64,000 nucleotides of DNA from Nitrosopumilus sp. (GTDB lineage: Archaea; Thermoproteota; Nitrososphaeria; Nitrososphaerales; Nitrosopumilaceae): contig OZ252243.1 in the NCBI GenBank assembly GCA_965249555.1, forward strand, positions 64,001 through 128,000. The letters run 5' to 3'. The translations under genes and the position numbers were made by a program. A model generated the notes under the pieces. It saw only the letters and a program-made list of their open reading frames with translations, ran no database searches and was not told the origin of the DNA. Of the stretch, positions 61,091-64,000 are shown in pieces (the first letter of the stretch is position 1; each line of letters begins with the position of its first letter).

Positions 61091-62572
61091 TCACAAATCT
61101 ACAGAATCATGCTGATTCACTGAAACAACATTGTTGTGCCATTTCTTGTGATACTCATCATGTTGTGTATGAATTGGAATTAGTTTCTTAGAATTAGAGC
61201 CATCAATGACTTTTTTAATCTGCTCTCCATCTCCATGCCCAGATACATGAATCTGATGCCAGTCCTCATCTTTTTTTAATATACCAAAGTGTACAAACCA
61301 GTTTTTTACCTGCTCTTCTTTGTGTTCCATTTCAAAATCAAAAGGCTCAGTTAGTGAGCGAATGTATGTAGCCCCTTCATCAGGCTTGATATCTATTAAA
61401 TCTTGTAGTCTGAAATCACTGCAAAAGAAGATGTACTCATTTTGTTTTTTCTGAATATCTCTGTAATCTATGGCATTTGGATAGTCTAAAAATGGGCGTT
61501 GCCACGTTGCATAGTCTGCATACAATTGCTTTTCTGAAAATATATCAATATCCTTATCAAGTAATCCCCAAGAGCCTCTCTGAATGTATATTTTGATATT
61601 TTTATCAATAGGTGATGGATATTCTCCTTTCATTGATTCTGATTCTGTGAATAATTTTAAGAGATATGCTTGTTTCATATCAATTACCAAATATCGATTA
61701 GTATTTTTTGCTACAATAAAAAATGACATCAACCTATCTAAATCTCTAATTGGGTATCCACATATTGCTAAACCTTTAGTGTTGTTTACTATATCTGCAA
61801 CTTTGGTTTCTACATCATATTCTGTAAGGGATTGTTTCGCATCAACTCTAGTTCCTTCACATAGTAAGACATCCAAGTCTGATTCTGCACAACGTTCTAC
61901 AAATTTTTCAGTATCATCTTTGCGTCTCCCATGGAATCTTAAATCTGCAGTATTACCAATAGAGCCTTCAGATGTATGTAAAATAAATGCGTGAACTCCG
62001 GGAATTGAGTGGTCTACTGGTAGTGGTTCTACATTAATTGAATTAATTGAGAATTCTTTTCCTGATTGAAACACCTGGATGTTTCTTGGATATGCAACTT
62101 TATCACCTGTTGCTCTACTGACTTCTCCTTTCTTATTTTCATAAAATTGAAATTTCTCTTTATGTGTTAGATATTGATCCGTTCCTGTATCATCAAAGTT
62201 TTGCATGATTAGTTTTGATTCTTCAGAGCAGTAAATTGGAATGTCTTCTCTAAGATACTTTATGTATGCGCAATGATCAACATGTGCATGTGTAAGTAAG
62301 ATACCATCAATCTCTGTTTCTTCATTGCCATCAAAGCCGACATGTTTGGCATAATCTCGTCTATACATTCCTTTAATTTTTGGTAAAATTCCTAGCTCAA
62401 ACATATCTGTTAAAAAATTAGAGCCTCGAGCGTTTAGAAACTGTGAGAAAAATCGCCCTTCTTCAGAAAAAGACATTCCAAAATCCATGAATAACGTTGT
62501 ATCCTTATCTTTGACTAGGAATTTGTTTCCACCAATATCATTTACTCCGCCATGGAAGGTTACACTAGTCAT
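61091..62572 (-). CDS. metallo-beta-lactamase/beta-CASP (RNase J-like) nuclease
   Basis: [41 protein letters not shown]. Confidence 0.88.
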   Translation of the reverse strand: MTSVTFHGGVNDIGGNKFLVKDKDTTLFMDFGMSFSEEGRFFSQFLNARGSNFLTDMFELGILPKIKGMYRRDYAKHVGFDGNEETEIDGILLTHAHVDHCAYIKYLREDIPIYCSEESKLIMQNFDDTGTDQYLTHKEKFQFYENKKGEVSRATGDKVAYPRNIQVFQSGKEFSINSINVEPLPVDHSIPGVHAFILHTSEGSIGNTADLRFHGRRKDDTEKFVERCAESDLDVLLCEGTRVDAKQSLTEYDVETKVADIVNNTKGLAICGYPIRDLDRLMSFFIVAKNTNRYLVIDMKQAYLLKLFTESESMKGEYPSPIDKNIKIYIQRGSWGLLDKDIDIFSEKQLYADYATWQRPFLDYPNAIDYRDIQKKQNEYIFFCSDFRLQDLIDIKPDEGATYIRSLTEPFDFEMEHKEEQVKNWFVHFGILKKDEDWHQIHVSGHGDGEQIKKVIDGSNSKKLIPIHTQHDEYHKKWHNNVVSVNQHDSVDL

Positions 62573-62636
62573 AGTTCCGTTCCCAATATTGTGCTAAAAA
62601 ACATGATACTCATTGTAAAATCAGCCTTATTAGAAA

Positions 62637-63638
62637 TTAGTCATCCTGTTCTTCTACCAAAGTCCAAATTTTCTTTAATGGTAATTCAGCTTTAATTGAA
62701 TCATCAAATTTATCATAATTTTTCAAAAGTTCTTCAACAATCTTGTCTTGATCCCATAATCTTATGGAGAAAAAGGAACGAGTCATTTCTTGTTCTGCTT
62801 TGGAATTAATTCCACCCCATGCTACTAGTAGTCCATAATCTGCTTTGAAACTTTTGATTACACCTTCTAACTCTCTAACAATTCTTACATCTACAGGAGT
62901 TTGTGAAGATTTTACTTGTACACAGATTTTTGGATTTCCAAAACCTAACGAACCAAAACCTGCTAAAACATCAACTCCACCATCAGGACCAGCAGGAGAT
63001 AGTTTTGTAGAATAGCCTTGAGCTTTTAGAATTTCATCAATTAATCTAGATAGATCATGTCCTGTAAATTTTCGTTCAAGGAATTTTGTAATTTGATCTT
63101 TTGAATATTGTTCTAAATCAAACTCAAATGTTTCTGTTTCAATATCCTCATTCAATATTTTAGATGTAATTTCACCTTTGAGCATACTTCGTACTCTTTC
63201 TTCAGCTTTATCTGCACGAACTCTACCTACAGTACGAGATGCACCTAAAGAAAATAATATATCTTGATCAAATGAAGAACGAGGAAATGTTTTGATCCAT
63301 TTTACTTTTCTAATATGTTTGATATTTGATTGAATTTCTTTAAATTCATAATCACCAACAATTTCACCAATAGCTATTCCAGATTTTCTTTTAAGAGGCA
63401 ATGCAACTAAATCTCCATTGTTAATTTTTTTAAGAAAAGTCCAAATTTGACTAACTACATTTGCAACATGCCTTTTTTTATGAGGACCACGTGTTTCTAA
63501 ATATAATTTTCCTAATTCTTCTCTAGTAATTTTTGATAAATCAGGCAAGTCATTCCAGCCTATTGATACAACATTGTTTTCCAAGACACCTTCTTCTTGC
63601 TCACCATGTCTACCAGCTCTAACTAACCAAAAAGTCAT
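62637..63638 (-). CDS. Mrr-like (Type IV) restriction endonuclease
   Basis: FWLVRAG N-domain; C-terminal PDGGVD...CVQVKS Mrr catalytic motif. Confidence 0.85.
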   Translation of the reverse strand: MTFWLVRAGRHGEQEEGVLENNVVSIGWNDLPDLSKITREELGKLYLETRGPHKKRHVANVVSQIWTFLKKINNGDLVALPLKRKSGIAIGEIVGDYEFKEIQSNIKHIRKVKWIKTFPRSSFDQDILFSLGASRTVGRVRADKAEERVRSMLKGEITSKILNEDIETETFEFDLEQYSKDQITKFLERKFTGHDLSRLIDEILKAQGYSTKLSPAGPDGGVDVLAGFGSLGFGNPKICVQVKSSQTPVDVRIVRELEGVIKSFKADYGLLVAWGGINSKAEQEMTRSFFSIRLWDQDKIVEELLKNYDKFDDSIKAELPLKKIWTLVEEQDD

Positions 63639-64000
63639 AGTGATGAAAAGTAATACAAGACATAAAACATTTGTTATTTTTTTGTATTATTTTCAATATG
63701 CTTAAAGTACATTAAAAGAAATGAAATGTTACGGTAGATGAGAAACTAAACGGTCCTATTGCTGAAGAGATAGTTCTTCAAATGTTAAAAAAACAAGGCA
63801 AAAAAGTCCCCCCCGCTCATAATTTAAAATAAATATAAAAACTTTATAAAATTTATGATCCAATTTAATCACATGACTAAACCACATAAAATTTGGGCAA
63901 ACAAATATTTCATGAATAGATATTATAATGAACCAAAATTTAGAAGAGCCCACTTAGACGCAGTAAGAAAAAATCAAGCCAAGAATAAAGAAAAGATAAG

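Overview
AT-rich archaeal DNA. The gene set (PolB1, TBP, parvulin, methylmalonyl-CoA epimerase, PPDK, TpiA, Hef-like helicase, DUF2203) points to a Nitrosopumilaceae thaumarchaeote. The heavy IS and pseudogene load suggests a host-associated lineage (inference). Core blocks (about 0.2-3.8, 32.2-33.4, 36.3-38.9 and 42.7-53.8 kb) alternate with mosaic accessory DNA containing IS66, IS110, IS630, IS6-like and IS4/IS5-type elements, defence genes and two tRNA-like genes. Main observation: two paralogous Type ISP restriction-modification genes (10955-15785 and 55204-60047). Each has a 13-bp VNTR just upstream and an internal (AG)n tract (n=16 and n=24) lying between two tandem alternative target-recognition modules. 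The second module is open in two frames: one encodes the recognition module, the other a Ser/Thr linker into the C-terminal domain. Tract length mod 3 therefore predicts a three-state switch. Second theme: multi-kb cargo segments flanked by 8-bp direct repeats (the IS66 TSD length) split an IS110 transposase, a TBP paralog and a small core gene, and one still retains IS66 end remnants. Also seen: a candidate IS110 bridge RNA, DUF3800 genes followed by structured RNAs, and a repeated motif at island borders. All family assignments come from motif recognition by eye; no database search was run.
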